64,000 bases of DNA from Pirellulales bacterium (GTDB lineage Bacteria; Planctomycetota; Planctomycetia; Pirellulales; PALSA-1355): contig CAVTBU010000006.1 of assembly GCA_963733035.1 (NCBI GenBank), positions 896,001 through 960,000 on the forward strand. Direction: 5' to 3'. Every line of letters begins with the position of its first letter. Position 1 is the first letter of the stretch. The notes under the pieces are model-generated. The model was not told the DNA's origin, made no database searches, and saw only the letters and a program-made list of their open reading frames with translations. Shown here one piece after another: positions 49,462 through 61,225 of the stretch. The translations under genes and the position numbers were made by a program.

Positions 49462-49509
49462 GCCCCCATTCTACCGCGCATGAAAAAGCCCCGGCAGAGG
49501 ACACGGGCT
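49462..49509 (-). repeat. Cassette module R1 (terminator + leaderless promoter)
   Basis: minus strand AGCCCGTGTCCTCTGCCGGGGCTTTTTCATGCGCGGTAGAATGGGGGC-ATG. Confidence 0.85.
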
Positions 49510-49633
49510 CGCCGGACTGACCCGCGCGGATTCTCGCGTACCGCCCAACACATCGTGGTCGCGCGGGGCGGGGCCCGTGCGCGGAGCTCGCGGCGGACGA
49601 TTCGCTCGCGTTCCGGAAAAAAATCGGCGAATA

Positions 49634-49670
49634 TATATTGACGAACATCAATATAGATGATAATCTATAT
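49634..49670 (+). promoter_or_regulatory. Leaderless promoter and probable operator of the ArsR gene
   Basis: TTGACG-17 nt-TAATCT-6 nt-ATG; overlapping inverted repeats TATATTGA-6-TCAATATA and ATATAGAT-4-ATCTATAT. Confidence 0.7.
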
Positions 49671-49672
49671 AC

Positions 49673-50014
49673 ATGCTTCAACTGGACGATGCTTTTGCCG
49701 CGCTGGCCGATCCGACTCGTCGGGGGATTGTGCTGCATCTGGCCCGCGGGGAGGCGACGGTTTCGGAGCTGGTCGATCAGTTTGATTTGACGCAGCCGAC
49801 GATTTCGTCGCACTTGAAGGTGCTCGAATCGGCGGGGCTGATTTCGCGGGGGCGAGTGGCCCAGACGCGGCCTTGCAAGCTGGTGCCCGAGCGGTTGAAG
49901 ACGGTGACCGACTGGCTGGAGCAGGTGCAGAAGATTTGGGAAGGCAATTACAAGCGGCTCGACGCCTTGCTGCTGGAACTCAAGCGCGCACAGAAAAAGG
50001 AACGAAAGAAATGA
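49673..50014 (+). CDS. ArsR/SmtB family transcriptional regulator
   Basis: FAALADPTRRGI, ISSHLKVLESAGLI. Confidence 0.93.
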   Translation: MLQLDDAFAALADPTRRGIVLHLARGEATVSELVDQFDLTQPTISSHLKVLESAGLISRGRVAQTRPCKLVPERLKTVTDWLEQVQKIWEGNYKRLDALLLELKRAQKKERKK

Positions 50015-50499
50015 AGCCCGCGGAAGTGACCACCCCGAGCGACACCGAAGTGCTGGTTCGCCGCAGCTTCGACGCGGCGGCCGAACTCGTGTGGCGAACG
50101 TACACCGAACCGGACTTGCTGCGGCGGTGGATGCTGGGGCCGCCGGGCTGGACGATGCCGGTGTGCGAAATGGACGTGCGCGTGGGGGGCAAGTATCGCT
50201 GGCGGTGGCGCAGCGACGAAGACGGCCAGGAGTTTGGTTTTTACGGCGAGTTTCAGGAGGTCGCTTTGCACCAGCGGCTGACGCAGACGCAATCGTTCGA
50301 CCCGGGCGACATCGGCGGCTCGATGGGCGAGGGAGCAACCGTGGTCACGGCCACATTTGAAGAGCGCGACGGGGTGACCCTGGTAAGCACGTCGATCCGG
50401 TACGCCTCGAAAGCCGACCGCGACGCGGCGCTTGCCACCGGCATGACCGAGGGCATGGAAATGAGCTACCAGCAGCTCGACGCGGTTCTGGCGAGCTAG
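50011..50499 (+). CDS. SRPBCC/AHSA1 family protein
   Basis: RSFDA..LVWRTYTEP, MDVRVGGKYR; ATGA overlap with ArsR. Confidence 0.9.
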   Translation: MKPAEVTTPSDTEVLVRRSFDAAAELVWRTYTEPDLLRRWMLGPPGWTMPVCEMDVRVGGKYRWRWRSDEDGQEFGFYGEFQEVALHQRLTQTQSFDPGDIGGSMGEGATVVTATFEERDGVTLVSTSIRYASKADRDAALATGMTEGMEMSYQQLDAVLAS

Positions 50500-50502
50500 G
50501 AA

Positions 50503-51256
50503 CTATTTGCCGAGTTCGGCCAGCGCGTTGTCGAGCGATCGGCTGGAGACTTGAATCACGCCCTCGAAGGGTTGATTCAAGTCGACGATCAAAAAGATCG
50601 CGCTGGCCACCGACAGCGAGCACATCAGCAGCACCACGACGACGGTCACATTCCGCGCCCAGAAGGCGCTCAGGCTGGCGAACAAGACGAAGAACCAGAA
50701 CAACAGCACGATCAAGAACGCCATCGGCAGCGAATCGTCGTTGGGCTGCGCCAATTGCCAGCGGGCCCGGGCCAGGGCGCTGGTTACTTCGAGCGCGTGG
50801 GTCTGCGAGCCGCGATGGCGCTCGTCGGCCGGCGCGAGTTTTTCGATCGCATCGAGCAGCGCGCCGCCTTGCGCGGTGATGTCGGCGTCTGCCATTCCAG
50901 ACTCGCCGCTCGTATCGCGGAAACGCTCGACCATCACGGTGACCATCTCGCGGAGTCGCGCGGGCCGGTTTCGTCTCGGGGCCGTAGTGCGCGAGCGTGC
51001 GGTCGAGCAACACGATGTTGGTTGCCAGCTCTTGCAGTCCGGTGCGCTCGGTGTCGAACGACGACTTGGCTCCGCCGATCAGCAGCCCAAGCACGAGCGC
51101 GGCCATCGTGGCAATCAGCCCGGTGCCAAGTTCAATGCCGTCCTTGGAGTCTCGGTGCAGGTGCGCGGCGGGAACGAGGCGGCCCAGGACCAGGCCGAGG
51201 AGCACGCCCCCGAAACAGAACGCGAGCACCGTCGCGGCGATGTGGATGGAATTCAT
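50503..51256 (-). CDS. DUF4239/bestrophin-like membrane protein; apparent frameshift near 50955
   Basis: ATMAALVLGLLI..AKSSFD in one frame; IVDLNQPFEGVIQVSS in the other. Confidence 0.7.
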
Positions 51257-51516
51257 GAACCGCCGCCAGTTTCCAGATGATGGTTCGAAGCGACAAGGTC
51301 ACCTAGCTGATTGGTCTTGAATATAGCGACGCGCCCGTTTGCAAAATAGCAGGCCGCAATCGGCAAGCCGATTTGCAAAGGCATGCCGACCGCCGCGGAG
51401 AGGGGCCGCGTCCTCGTCATCGTGAGTCCTCCTCGACCGCCTGGCGTTCTGCTAGACTTGGTCGCCGCCTGAATCAAGCGTTTGGGGAGCCGGCCGGCTG
51501 GTCGGGAACGAATACC

Positions 51517-52578
51517 ATGCGACTGGGAGTGATTGGTGAGAACCTGATCGAACGCATCATCGCGCGGACGAATCTGGCGCCGGCCCCGCTCGTCGAAACG
51601 CAGATCGCCTTCAGTATGGCACGTTCGATCATGGCCGGCGTGCGTCTGGGCATTTTCGACGCGATTGGCGCGGGAGCGAAGACGGCTGCCGAAGTGGCCG
51701 CGGCTTGCAAGACGGATCGGGAGGCGACGACGAAGCTCCTGAATACGCTCGTCGGCTGCCGCTATCTCCGGCATCGCGGCGGCCGCTATACGTTGACGTC
51801 GAAGGCGCGCAAGTGGTTGCTGCGGAGCTCCGCCAGCTCGATCGTCGACAAGCTTCTATTTCAATACGACGAATGGGACATCGTGGCGAAGTACGAAAGC
51901 TACATCGAGACGGGGGAACCGCTCGAGTTGCACGGGTCGCTTGAGGATGAGGGGGTGTGGAATCGGTACCAGCGCGGCATGCGTGCCTTGGCGTCGATCT
52001 CGGCCGAGGAAGTGGCCAGCCGCTTGCCGGTTCCCCCGGGCTCGACGTCGATGCTCGATATCGGCGGATCCCACGGCTACTACTCCGTGTGTGTTTGCCG
52101 GCGGCACGATGGCTTGCGGTCGACGATTCTCGATCTTCCCCGGGCCGTCGAACAGGCCGCGCCGATATTGGCTCAAGAGGGGATGGGCGAGCGGGTTTCG
52201 CACCGGGCCGGAGATGCGCTCTCCGATGAGCTTGGCAGCGAAGCCTGGGATGTGGTCTTCGTGTCGCAGTTGGTGCATCACTTTTCTGACGAGCAAAACC
52301 GCGAGCTGATGGGCAGGATTTTCCGGGCGCTCAGGCCGGGCGGCGTCTGTGTTTTGCTCGACGTGCTGCGCCCCTCATCGCCGGAAAGCGCCGGGGGAAT
52401 CGGCGCGGTGCTTGATCTCTACTTCGCCGCGACGAGCCGCGCTGGCACCTGGCCGCTCGAGACGATGCAGGCATGGCAGCGCGACGCTGGATTGGCCGTT
52501 GAAAAGCCGATCCACCTGCGCACGTTGCCCGGCGGCGCAATGGTCGTCGGCAGCAAGCCACCTGCTCGCAGAACTTAA
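51517..52578 (+). CDS. O-methyltransferase family protein
   Basis: GVRLGIFDAI, LDIGGSHG, VHHF motifs. Confidence 0.85.
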   Translation: MRLGVIGENLIERIIARTNLAPAPLVETQIAFSMARSIMAGVRLGIFDAIGAGAKTAAEVAAACKTDREATTKLLNTLVGCRYLRHRGGRYTLTSKARKWLLRSSASSIVDKLLFQYDEWDIVAKYESYIETGEPLELHGSLEDEGVWNRYQRGMRALASISAEEVASRLPVPPGSTSMLDIGGSHGYYSVCVCRRHDGLRSTILDLPRAVEQAAPILAQEGMGERVSHRAGDALSDELGSEAWDVVFVSQLVHHFSDEQNRELMGRIFRALRPGGVCVLLDVLRPSSPESAGGIGAVLDLYFAATSRAGTWPLETMQAWQRDAGLAVEKPIHLRTLPGGAMVVGSKPPARRT

Positions 52579-52656
52579 GCAACGAGTTCGGCGAGCTGGT
52601 GGCGAGCGTTTGGGTTGATGATCATTGCGCAGCGCTCGACGACGTTTGGGCGATGC

Positions 52657-54849
<2,193 letters not shown>

Positions 54850-54853
54850 CTAG

Positions 54854-55003
54854 CAGTTTTTTGAAAGATGCCGTCGTGGCATTTTTCAACCTCGCGAAGT
54901 GCGGAGCCAAGCTCCGCACCGCCCGCGAAATATCGACTTACGTCGGCTATTTCGTCATCGCATCCATGCGATGACGCCGCCCGTTGAATGCTTCAACCGG
55001 CCG
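54854..55003. mobile_element. 150 bp MITE-like element, copy 3, abutting the katG RBS
   Basis: Homologous to copies 1 and 2; CTAG at 54850-53 and 55004-07. Confidence 0.8.
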
Positions 55004-55336
55004 CTAGCGGCGTAATCTGTTGTGCAGCACGATGTTTATGAGTAATCGTATTTTAGCGGCCATTTAGGTTCGGTCGAGGTGGCCCAGAGGCCGACCCGAC
55101 ACGGGCGAGTTGATCGCTGTTGGGTTCGAGTTTCACGAAGTCCGATGGTTCGAATCGTACCGCCCGTCACGCGCGGCGACAACCTAGGCAGATGGGATCG
55201 CGGAGATGGGAGCGAGGCCCGAGGGACCAACTCGGTGCAGCATTTGGTTCGACGTCCGGCGGAGGTCGCCCTGGTCTGTTCGGAGAACCGTGACGTCGAA
55301 GTGACCGACGCAGCGGCGGAAAGCTTGGTAAGCGAC

Positions 55337-55365
55337 GGTCCTCGGTTCAAATCCGCTTGCCCCGA
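55337..55365 (+). other. Possible degenerate tRNA-Pro 3' fragment (att-like remnant)
   Basis: GGTCCTCGGTTCAAATCCGCTTGCCCCGA; T-loop present, T-stem imperfect, no full cloverleaf. Confidence 0.35.
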
Positions 55366-55368
55366 TAA

Positions 55369-55411
55369 GGGGACATTCTACGGAAAAGTAGAATGTCATG
55401 TCCCCCTTTTT
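55369..55411 (+). repeat. Hairpin / REP-like palindrome with T-tract
   Basis: GGGGACATTCTAC-GGAAAA-GTAGAATGTC(ATGT)CCCCCTTTTT. Confidence 0.5.
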
Positions 55412-55612
55412 CTTTCCACGGGGTCCGGCATCCGAGGGATTGTTCCACGACGGATAACCGTGCCGCGGGTTGAGCTTCTACAAGAAGGCACGTGGCCGCG
55501 GCCGCGCAGTTCGAGACTATCCCTTCGCGCCAGGCGTTTCGACTGCTCAGACTCCCCCGCCGGGCGCTGCACATTTCAACCGCCGTTCACACGCGCTTTA
55601 GCGCGAGGCGGA

Positions 55613-56038
55613 TCATGCGCCCTTTGAAAGTTTGTCGAGTTTCTCGGAGAGCCGTTCGACCTGGAGCGACAGTTCTGTAAGCGCCGCCTCTTGAAAATCG
55701 TGACGGGCCCACACAAAACCAAAGCCGCGAAAAACAAGGAGACCAATGCACCCCACAATCACGACAACGGCACCGGCGATCAGTGTGCCAAAGCCGAGCC
55801 TCGTCAAATGGGTCATATCATGCTGACCATTGGCTGCAATTACAACGGCAATGAACCCGAGCAGCATCAGGACGCCGCCCGCCAGGCAGACGTAAAGCGC
55901 GTAGCGACCACGGCGAGTCATGTGAGTCACCTTCTGCTTAAGCCGCTTGCGCAGCTCGGCCATCTCCTCCTCGCTCGGTTGCTCATCGGAAGCAATGAGC
56001 TGGTCGATCATTTGGTCGATATTGTCATTTCCGCGCAT
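55613..56038 (-). CDS. 2-TM hypothetical protein, putative anti-sigma partner
   Basis: Overlaps the 3' end of the ECF sigma gene; two hydrophobic helices. Confidence 0.65.
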   Translation of the reverse strand: MRGNDNIDQMIDQLIASDEQPSEEEMAELRKRLKQKVTHMTRRGRYALYVCLAGGVLMLLGFIAVVIAANGQHDMTHLTRLGFGTLIAGAVVVIVGCIGLLVFRGFGFVWARHDFQEAALTELSLQVERLSEKLDKLSKGA

Positions 56039-56582
56039 GTTGTTGTTCCTCGATTACGGAGCGGATCTCTTGGTTCGCATAGTGAAGTCGTGATTTAACA
56101 GTCCCTTCTGGACAACCAATCACCTCGGCGATCTCCCGGATGCTCATCTGCTCGATGAAGCGTAACGTCAACACTTCACGGTGGTCGGGCGAAACGCATG
56201 ACAGGGCATAGTGAACTAGCTCGGCGGATTCCATCGCTTCGCTTGCATGGTGCACCACACCAGGTGCGTCGGCTTGTTTGTGCTGTTCGGTACGACGGCG
56301 GCGCGTCTCGACGCGAATCGCTTCGACCGTCTTTCCATGGGCGATCCGGTACACCCAGGCTCGAAAGCCATCCGGCGAGCGGAGCGACTCGCGCGTTCTC
56401 CACGCCGTTAGCCACACTTCTTGCAGCGCGTCGAGCGAACGCTCCGGATCGCGCTCGAATCGGCGCAGGAAGTACAACAATCGTCTTTCGACGAGTTGAA
56501 CGAGTTTCATGAAAGCCTCGGCATTTCCCCGCTGGAACTGCTGGACGAGAAACCGCTCGCGCACCCGATCGGCAAGTTTCAC
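56025..56582 (-). CDS. ECF RNA polymerase sigma factor
   Basis: DALQEVWL, FRAWVYRIA, EIAEVIGCPEGTVKSRL; start uncertain. Confidence 0.9.
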   Translation of the reverse strand: MKLADRVRERFLVQQFQRGNAEAFMKLVQLVERRLLYFLRRFERDPERSLDALQEVWLTAWRTRESLRSPDGFRAWVYRIAHGKTVEAIRVETRRRRTEQHKQADAPGVVHHASEAMESAELVHYALSCVSPDHREVLTLRFIEQMSIREIAEVIGCPEGTVKSRLHYANQEIRSVIEEQQHARK

Positions 56583-57123
56583 GTCGGACCTCTTTTCTCG
56601 GTTCCGTGCAAGTGTTGCACCGGAAGCTGAACAGCGGCGGCAGTTGTTACTCGGATGCCCTACCAAACAGTCGCTGGCCACGAGCCGATTGTTCAACAGA
56701 GGCTCATACAATTACATTTATTCCTGTCGTTGCGCGGACTTGCATCCCGAAATGGACCCTTACGCGTTTTGCCGGACGTGCTGCGAGAATTGCCGTAAGT
56801 GCCAGGGCCGACTTGACTAACGAGTTTGGCCAGGAATCGACAGCAGCCAGAAAAAGTTCTAACCGTGTCCAGCCGCCCCGATCTTCGATCTGCGAAAGCT
56901 CGTTGCCATGAATCACGGCGTGCCGTTTCCGGCTTGGCACGAACGATTTGAGGTTGATTTGTCGAGCCATTAACCTGGTTCAAACGTCCAACCGGACCCG
57001 AATCGCTGGCAACGTGATTCGCCGCAACGCATTGCCGACCAGAGAATTACAGAGTTCAAATCCCGTCGCCAGTCTCCGACCGGTGCCAAGGATCAGTGGT
57101 CTTGCGCTCCGCACGCGTCACCC

Positions 57124-58653
57124 TTACGGCTTCGATTCCTCTGTCTGGGGCGGCAGGATTTTGGGCTCGTCGGTTTCCAGCCCACGCGGTTGTCTGGAAA
57201 GCCCTTGCAGTTGTCTGTAAAGCTTGTGCAAATCCTCGGCATAGGCAGTGTCCGAAATGTCATCGATTCGTATGGGATGCAAGGTGTTGTTGTCCATCGA
57301 GCCAAACACCAGCGGCGATTCCCCTTCGCCCCATAAGGTTTTGACCACTCCGGCGTCGCGCCGCAAAGCGCGTACTGCATCAATCCACTCGACGAACGTC
57401 GCCGGCACATCGACCTCCAACTGAGTCGCAACCCTGCGCAGCACGCCTCGCGCGTCTCGCAAGTCGGGGTGGTAACAATTGGCTACCAGCGGAATGCTGA
57501 GTTTGCCGTTTGTCACAAGTGCATCGCGTGAGCCTTTATACGGTGCCAAAATCCACCACGAGTATTCCACGCCGTACCACTCGACGTGGAACAGTCGCAT
57601 CGTGTAATGGTTGGAACTCGTGCCCGTCGGTACATTATGCGATGCGACATCGAGCGCCGTGTAGTTGAAGCCCAGCCTGCGTCGGAGTGGCGGGTACTTC
57701 TTGAGAAACTCTGGCGTGCCACGCGCCGAAGACACAATGTAGTACAACCCGCCTTTGAGTGGGATGACTCTGTGGACCGCGAACAATAGTCCTTCCACTT
57801 CGCGCTGGGCCAATGCCCTATGGAGCGGATACAACTCGTCCAGGCCCTGATCAACGTCGATCACGCGCGACGATCGCGGAAACGATGCGATGAACCGATC
57901 CGAATCGACCTTCGCATCGAAGTCGATCGTAATGCGCCGATCTGCGCTCCATTTGCCGTCAAGGCGGCGTTGGTTAATCACTTGCCGCGGTTGTTCATCC
58001 CCATCGATCAGCAGGATTGCTCGCCGCTCGATGCCTTCTGGACTGGAAGGACCTTTCGTCGATTCTGTTGGGCTCGGCTCTTCGATCAAATAGGCTTTGC
58101 AGGGAAACTCGCCCACCTCTTGATCATATGCCGGAGAACGATTCTTGCGCCAATCGGGCGGGGCTCGGGAAAGGTCCAGCATCGAGCCGACTATCGTCAA
58201 CGCGTCGGAACTGGGTCGCCGCAAGACAACGCCATCCGAATGGGCATCATCGGTATTCCACATCCAGTTCGATTTGCCATCATCCACGACGATCGTGTTG
58301 CCATGCTCGGTGCGAACGCCGAGCGCTTTATCAAACCAGATTTCAGTAAACTGCCTGGCGCCTTTGTCGAACGACTCGATCAACACGTGGGCTCGCCCGG
58401 CCTTTCTCAACGTTCGCTGCACCGCAGCATACAACGTGACCGGAGTCGAGAGTTGTGCGGCAATCACGATCAGGATTGTCGCCGCCGTGGCTAACCCGCC
58501 AGTGACAAGTATCATGGCCCAACGACGCTTTGGAACGGATGACCGCAACTGCGGCGTAATCACAACTTTCTCCGAAACGAATTCCCGGACTGTCGGAATC
58601 GGCCATTCTTGTCCCAGTAGTCGCAGTTTGTCTTCAATGTGATGCTCAATCAC
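57124..58653 (-). CDS. Single-TM protein with large extracytoplasmic domain, putative anti-sigma
   Basis: Directly downstream of ECF sigma; TM helix near residues 46-66. Confidence 0.65.
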   Translation of the reverse strand: MIEHHIEDKLRLLGQEWPIPTVREFVSEKVVITPQLRSSVPKRRWAMILVTGGLATAATILIVIAAQLSTPVTLYAAVQRTLRKAGRAHVLIESFDKGARQFTEIWFDKALGVRTEHGNTIVVDDGKSNWMWNTDDAHSDGVVLRRPSSDALTIVGSMLDLSRAPPDWRKNRSPAYDQEVGEFPCKAYLIEEPSPTESTKGPSSPEGIERRAILLIDGDEQPRQVINQRRLDGKWSADRRITIDFDAKVDSDRFIASFPRSSRVIDVDQGLDELYPLHRALAQREVEGLLFAVHRVIPLKGGLYYIVSSARGTPEFLKKYPPLRRRLGFNYTALDVASHNVPTGTSSNHYTMRLFHVEWYGVEYSWWILAPYKGSRDALVTNGKLSIPLVANCYHPDLRDARGVLRRVATQLEVDVPATFVEWIDAVRALRRDAGVVKTLWGEGESPLVFGSMDNNTLHPIRIDDISDTAYAEDLHKLYRQLQGLSRQPRGLETDEPKILPPQTEESKP

Positions 58654-58670
58654 GGCGACCTCTCAGTCTT

Positions 58671-59195
58671 TCAATCGCGAATGAGATTCTCGAATCGAGT
58701 TTTGAGGCGACTGACGGCGCGCGACAATTGTTTGGTCACGGTGCCAACGGGCCGGCCAGTAAGCTTTGCCACTTCGGCGACGGAGTGGCCGTTCAAGTAG
58801 TACAGTACGGTCACCAGCCGTTCGTGTTCGGGCAATTCCCCAAGGGCACCGATGAGTTCAGCTTGCTCGTTCGTCAGCTCGCTCCTCACGCTCGGAGCCG
58901 CGACATCGATCTCCGAAATGGGTATGTCTGCGCGCTTTGCCTTCGCCACTCGCAGAGCCAGCCGCCGGGCAATCCGCAACAACCAAGGGCCAACCGCATT
59001 CGGCGTGCGCAGCTCACTCAAATGTTGATAAGCCTGCAGAAACGTTTGTTGCGTGACGTCTTGGCTGGCGTGGAAATCTCGTAAGACGTGCCAAGCGGTA
59101 GCCCACACGGCCCGCTCGTATCGCGTAAGCACTTCGCCGAACGCCTGCCGGTCACCGAGCTTCGCCGCGTCAATCAACTCGGCGTTGCTCTTCAT
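58671..59195 (-). CDS. ECF RNA polymerase sigma factor
   Basis: DVTQQTFL, WLLRIA, EVAKLTGRPVGTVTKQLSRA. Confidence 0.9.
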   Translation of the reverse strand: MKSNAELIDAAKLGDRQAFGEVLTRYERAVWATAWHVLRDFHASQDVTQQTFLQAYQHLSELRTPNAVGPWLLRIARRLALRVAKAKRADIPISEIDVAAPSVRSELTNEQAELIGALGELPEHERLVTVLYYLNGHSVAEVAKLTGRPVGTVTKQLSRAVSRLKTRFENLIRD

Positions 59196-59679
59196 GACGC
59201 GGCCTGTGTCCGGTGACGATTCACGCGTAGTTCGCGGCTCTACAGCAATAGAGACGCTTTGCATTGCATTTGCGGCACGAACGACTAAATAGTACCGCCC
59301 TAGCGACTTGAATTTGCGCGGACGGTGCGTGCACCAGTGCCAGATAGAGCCGTAAGTCGTTGACTGACAAGAAGAAGCGACACTGGCCAGCCTCTGATCC
59401 CCTTGATGAAGAGTTCTACCCGTGTTCTGTTGCCCCGACTTTCTACACGGTTAGTCCATTCGCGGCCCAGCGTGGGGCGGCGTTGCTCGTTACCCCACCT
59501 ACACGCTTCCCCTGCCAGCTCTTACTTGGGTTGGACGGTTTTCGAGCCCCGCATTCTTCGAGATTGATCTTGTCCAAATTGGCGTGCTTCGCTTGAATAG
59601 CCCGCCCCTTGTTTGGACACCGGCCGGGTCACCGGCGATCGGTTCGGACGATCTGTATCTCGCTTACCAGGAGTGTGCT

Positions 59680-60192
59680 ATGAGCGTTCAACGGTTTCGA
59701 TTGGTAACCGGTCTGTTGGCCATCGCGGCCGTCGCGCTGATAGCCGAACAGGCTTGGGCGATCTACTTTGCACTTGGCCCCTCGAAAGACGAGTGGGGGC
59801 TGAAGTACCAAGTAGAGGTCGAAGACGCCGGCTCGGACATGGTTACCGTCAAATTCACGCTCGAAGACGAAGGACGCCTGAAACCGATTCACTCGGTCAG
59901 CCTGTCGGTGCTCGACAAGCAAAAGTCAAGCAAAACGTCTCGGATCTCCCATGTGAAGGGACGTCTCGAGTTTAAGCCGACCGCCGACGGCAAGCGCGTG
60001 GGAACCATTCAAATCCGCAAGGATCAGGTCGACCTGGCCAGTCTTCAGGTCCTCACGCAACGGGTCGACGGAAAGTTCCAATCGGCAGGCGCCGCGTACT
60101 ACGACATTCCGCTCGAAAAACACCTCCAGGACGACGCCGCGCCGGCCGTGGCCTCACCGCTGCCGCCCGCGTCGGGCCGAGTCAAAAAGTAA
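59680..60192 (+). CDS. Secreted hypothetical protein (paralog of 42668-43177)
   Basis: AGGAG RBS, signal peptide, shared motifs. Confidence 0.75.
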   Translation: MSVQRFRLVTGLLAIAAVALIAEQAWAIYFALGPSKDEWGLKYQVEVEDAGSDMVTVKFTLEDEGRLKPIHSVSLSVLDKQKSSKTSRISHVKGRLEFKPTADGKRVGTIQIRKDQVDLASLQVLTQRVDGKFQSAGAAYYDIPLEKHLQDDAAPAVASPLPPASGRVKK

Positions 60193-60369
60193 TTCAGCGG
60201 CTATCTGCTCTCGACCGAGCAAACCGCCGCCACGAGTCAGGCAGTTGTCCGCTGGTTCCGTCCGATGTCCCCCCGGCGAGGCCTTGCTCCGGCGGCTCGT
60301 CACAGCCATCCTCCAGGAAACCGAGCGGCCCGTTGCGTGGCAACGGTGATTTGCTGTTTCCTCACGGGG

Positions 60370-61155
60370 CTAGAACAGTAACTCCAGGCCCGCTAGGACG
60401 ACCACCGTCCAGATGAATGTCTCAAAGATTCTCTGCGGGACAAAGGAAACCAGCAACCGCGCGGCGACCACGCCGACGATGGAAAACAGCCCTAAACCGA
60501 AGCTGAGGGGCAAATCGTCCAGGGCCACGGTTCCAATCAGGTAGTGCAGCGGCAGGCAAACCACGTTGCTGACTAGAATCAGCGTGGCGAAGGTGCCCAA
60601 GAAGACGAGTCTGGGCAGGCTCAGTCGTATAAGGTAAATCACCAGCAGTACGCTGCCCGCGTTCGCCAACATACTGAAGAGCCCGGAGAATACGCTCACG
60701 GTCCGCTTTACGAATGCATCTCGCCGCGCGGGTTGTTCATCTGACCGCTCCGGGCGCAACCGCTTGGACCAAAGGTGCCGCTTGGACCAAAAGTGAAAGA
60801 ACACCAGCAGCAGCAGGAGGGCGCCGATGAAGTGCTGGTAAAAGGCGCCGGGCAACAGCTTGAAGACGAGTGTACCGATCAGCGTGCCGCCAATCAGGAA
60901 GGGCAACATCCCTTTCACGAACTTTAGATCCGTGTGGCGGCGGTAGATAACAACGGCGTAGATATCCGCACAAATCAGCACGGACACGAGCATGCCAACG
61001 GATTCTTTGGCGCCGAATACCTTCACGTACATCCAAACCGCAATGCCGCTGATGCCAGGCAGGCCTCCCTTGCTCATCCCCACAAACACAGCACCGACAA
61101 CAACCAGCACCCAGTCGAGGGTTGAAAGGTGAAAGCTGTGAAGATAATCGAGCAT
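60370..61155 (-). CDS. Sulfite exporter TauE/SafE family membrane protein
   Basis: GMSKGGLPG, SMLANAG motifs; about 8 TM. Confidence 0.85.
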   Translation of the reverse strand: MLDYLHSFHLSTLDWVLVVVGAVFVGMSKGGLPGISGIAVWMYVKVFGAKESVGMLVSVLICADIYAVVIYRRHTDLKFVKGMLPFLIGGTLIGTLVFKLLPGAFYQHFIGALLLLLVFFHFWSKRHLWSKRLRPERSDEQPARRDAFVKRTVSVFSGLFSMLANAGSVLLVIYLIRLSLPRLVFLGTFATLILVSNVVCLPLHYLIGTVALDDLPLSFGLGLFSIVGVVAARLLVSFVPQRIFETFIWTVVVLAGLELLF

Positions 61156-61225
61156 GATCGCGTTTGGCCGAGTTTTTGCCCTTTATGCGCCGGTCCACAA
61201 GCAGGCAGAGGCATTTCGGGTGTCT

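Noticed and set aside
47578..49509. CRISPR array reading of the repeats
   Set aside because: Intervening sequences are 120-620 bp coding ORFs of variable length, and there are no cas genes in the window
47578..49509. Classical integron attC sites
   Set aside because: No paired RYYYAAC/GTTRRRY ends or long attC-type palindrome, no intI in the window, and the modules carry promoter motifs
45790..49509. Prophage
   Set aside because: No integrase, structural, replication or lysis genes recognisable
55290..55370. Complete tRNA gene
   Set aside because: No matching 5' acceptor stem or anticodon arm; T-stem mismatched
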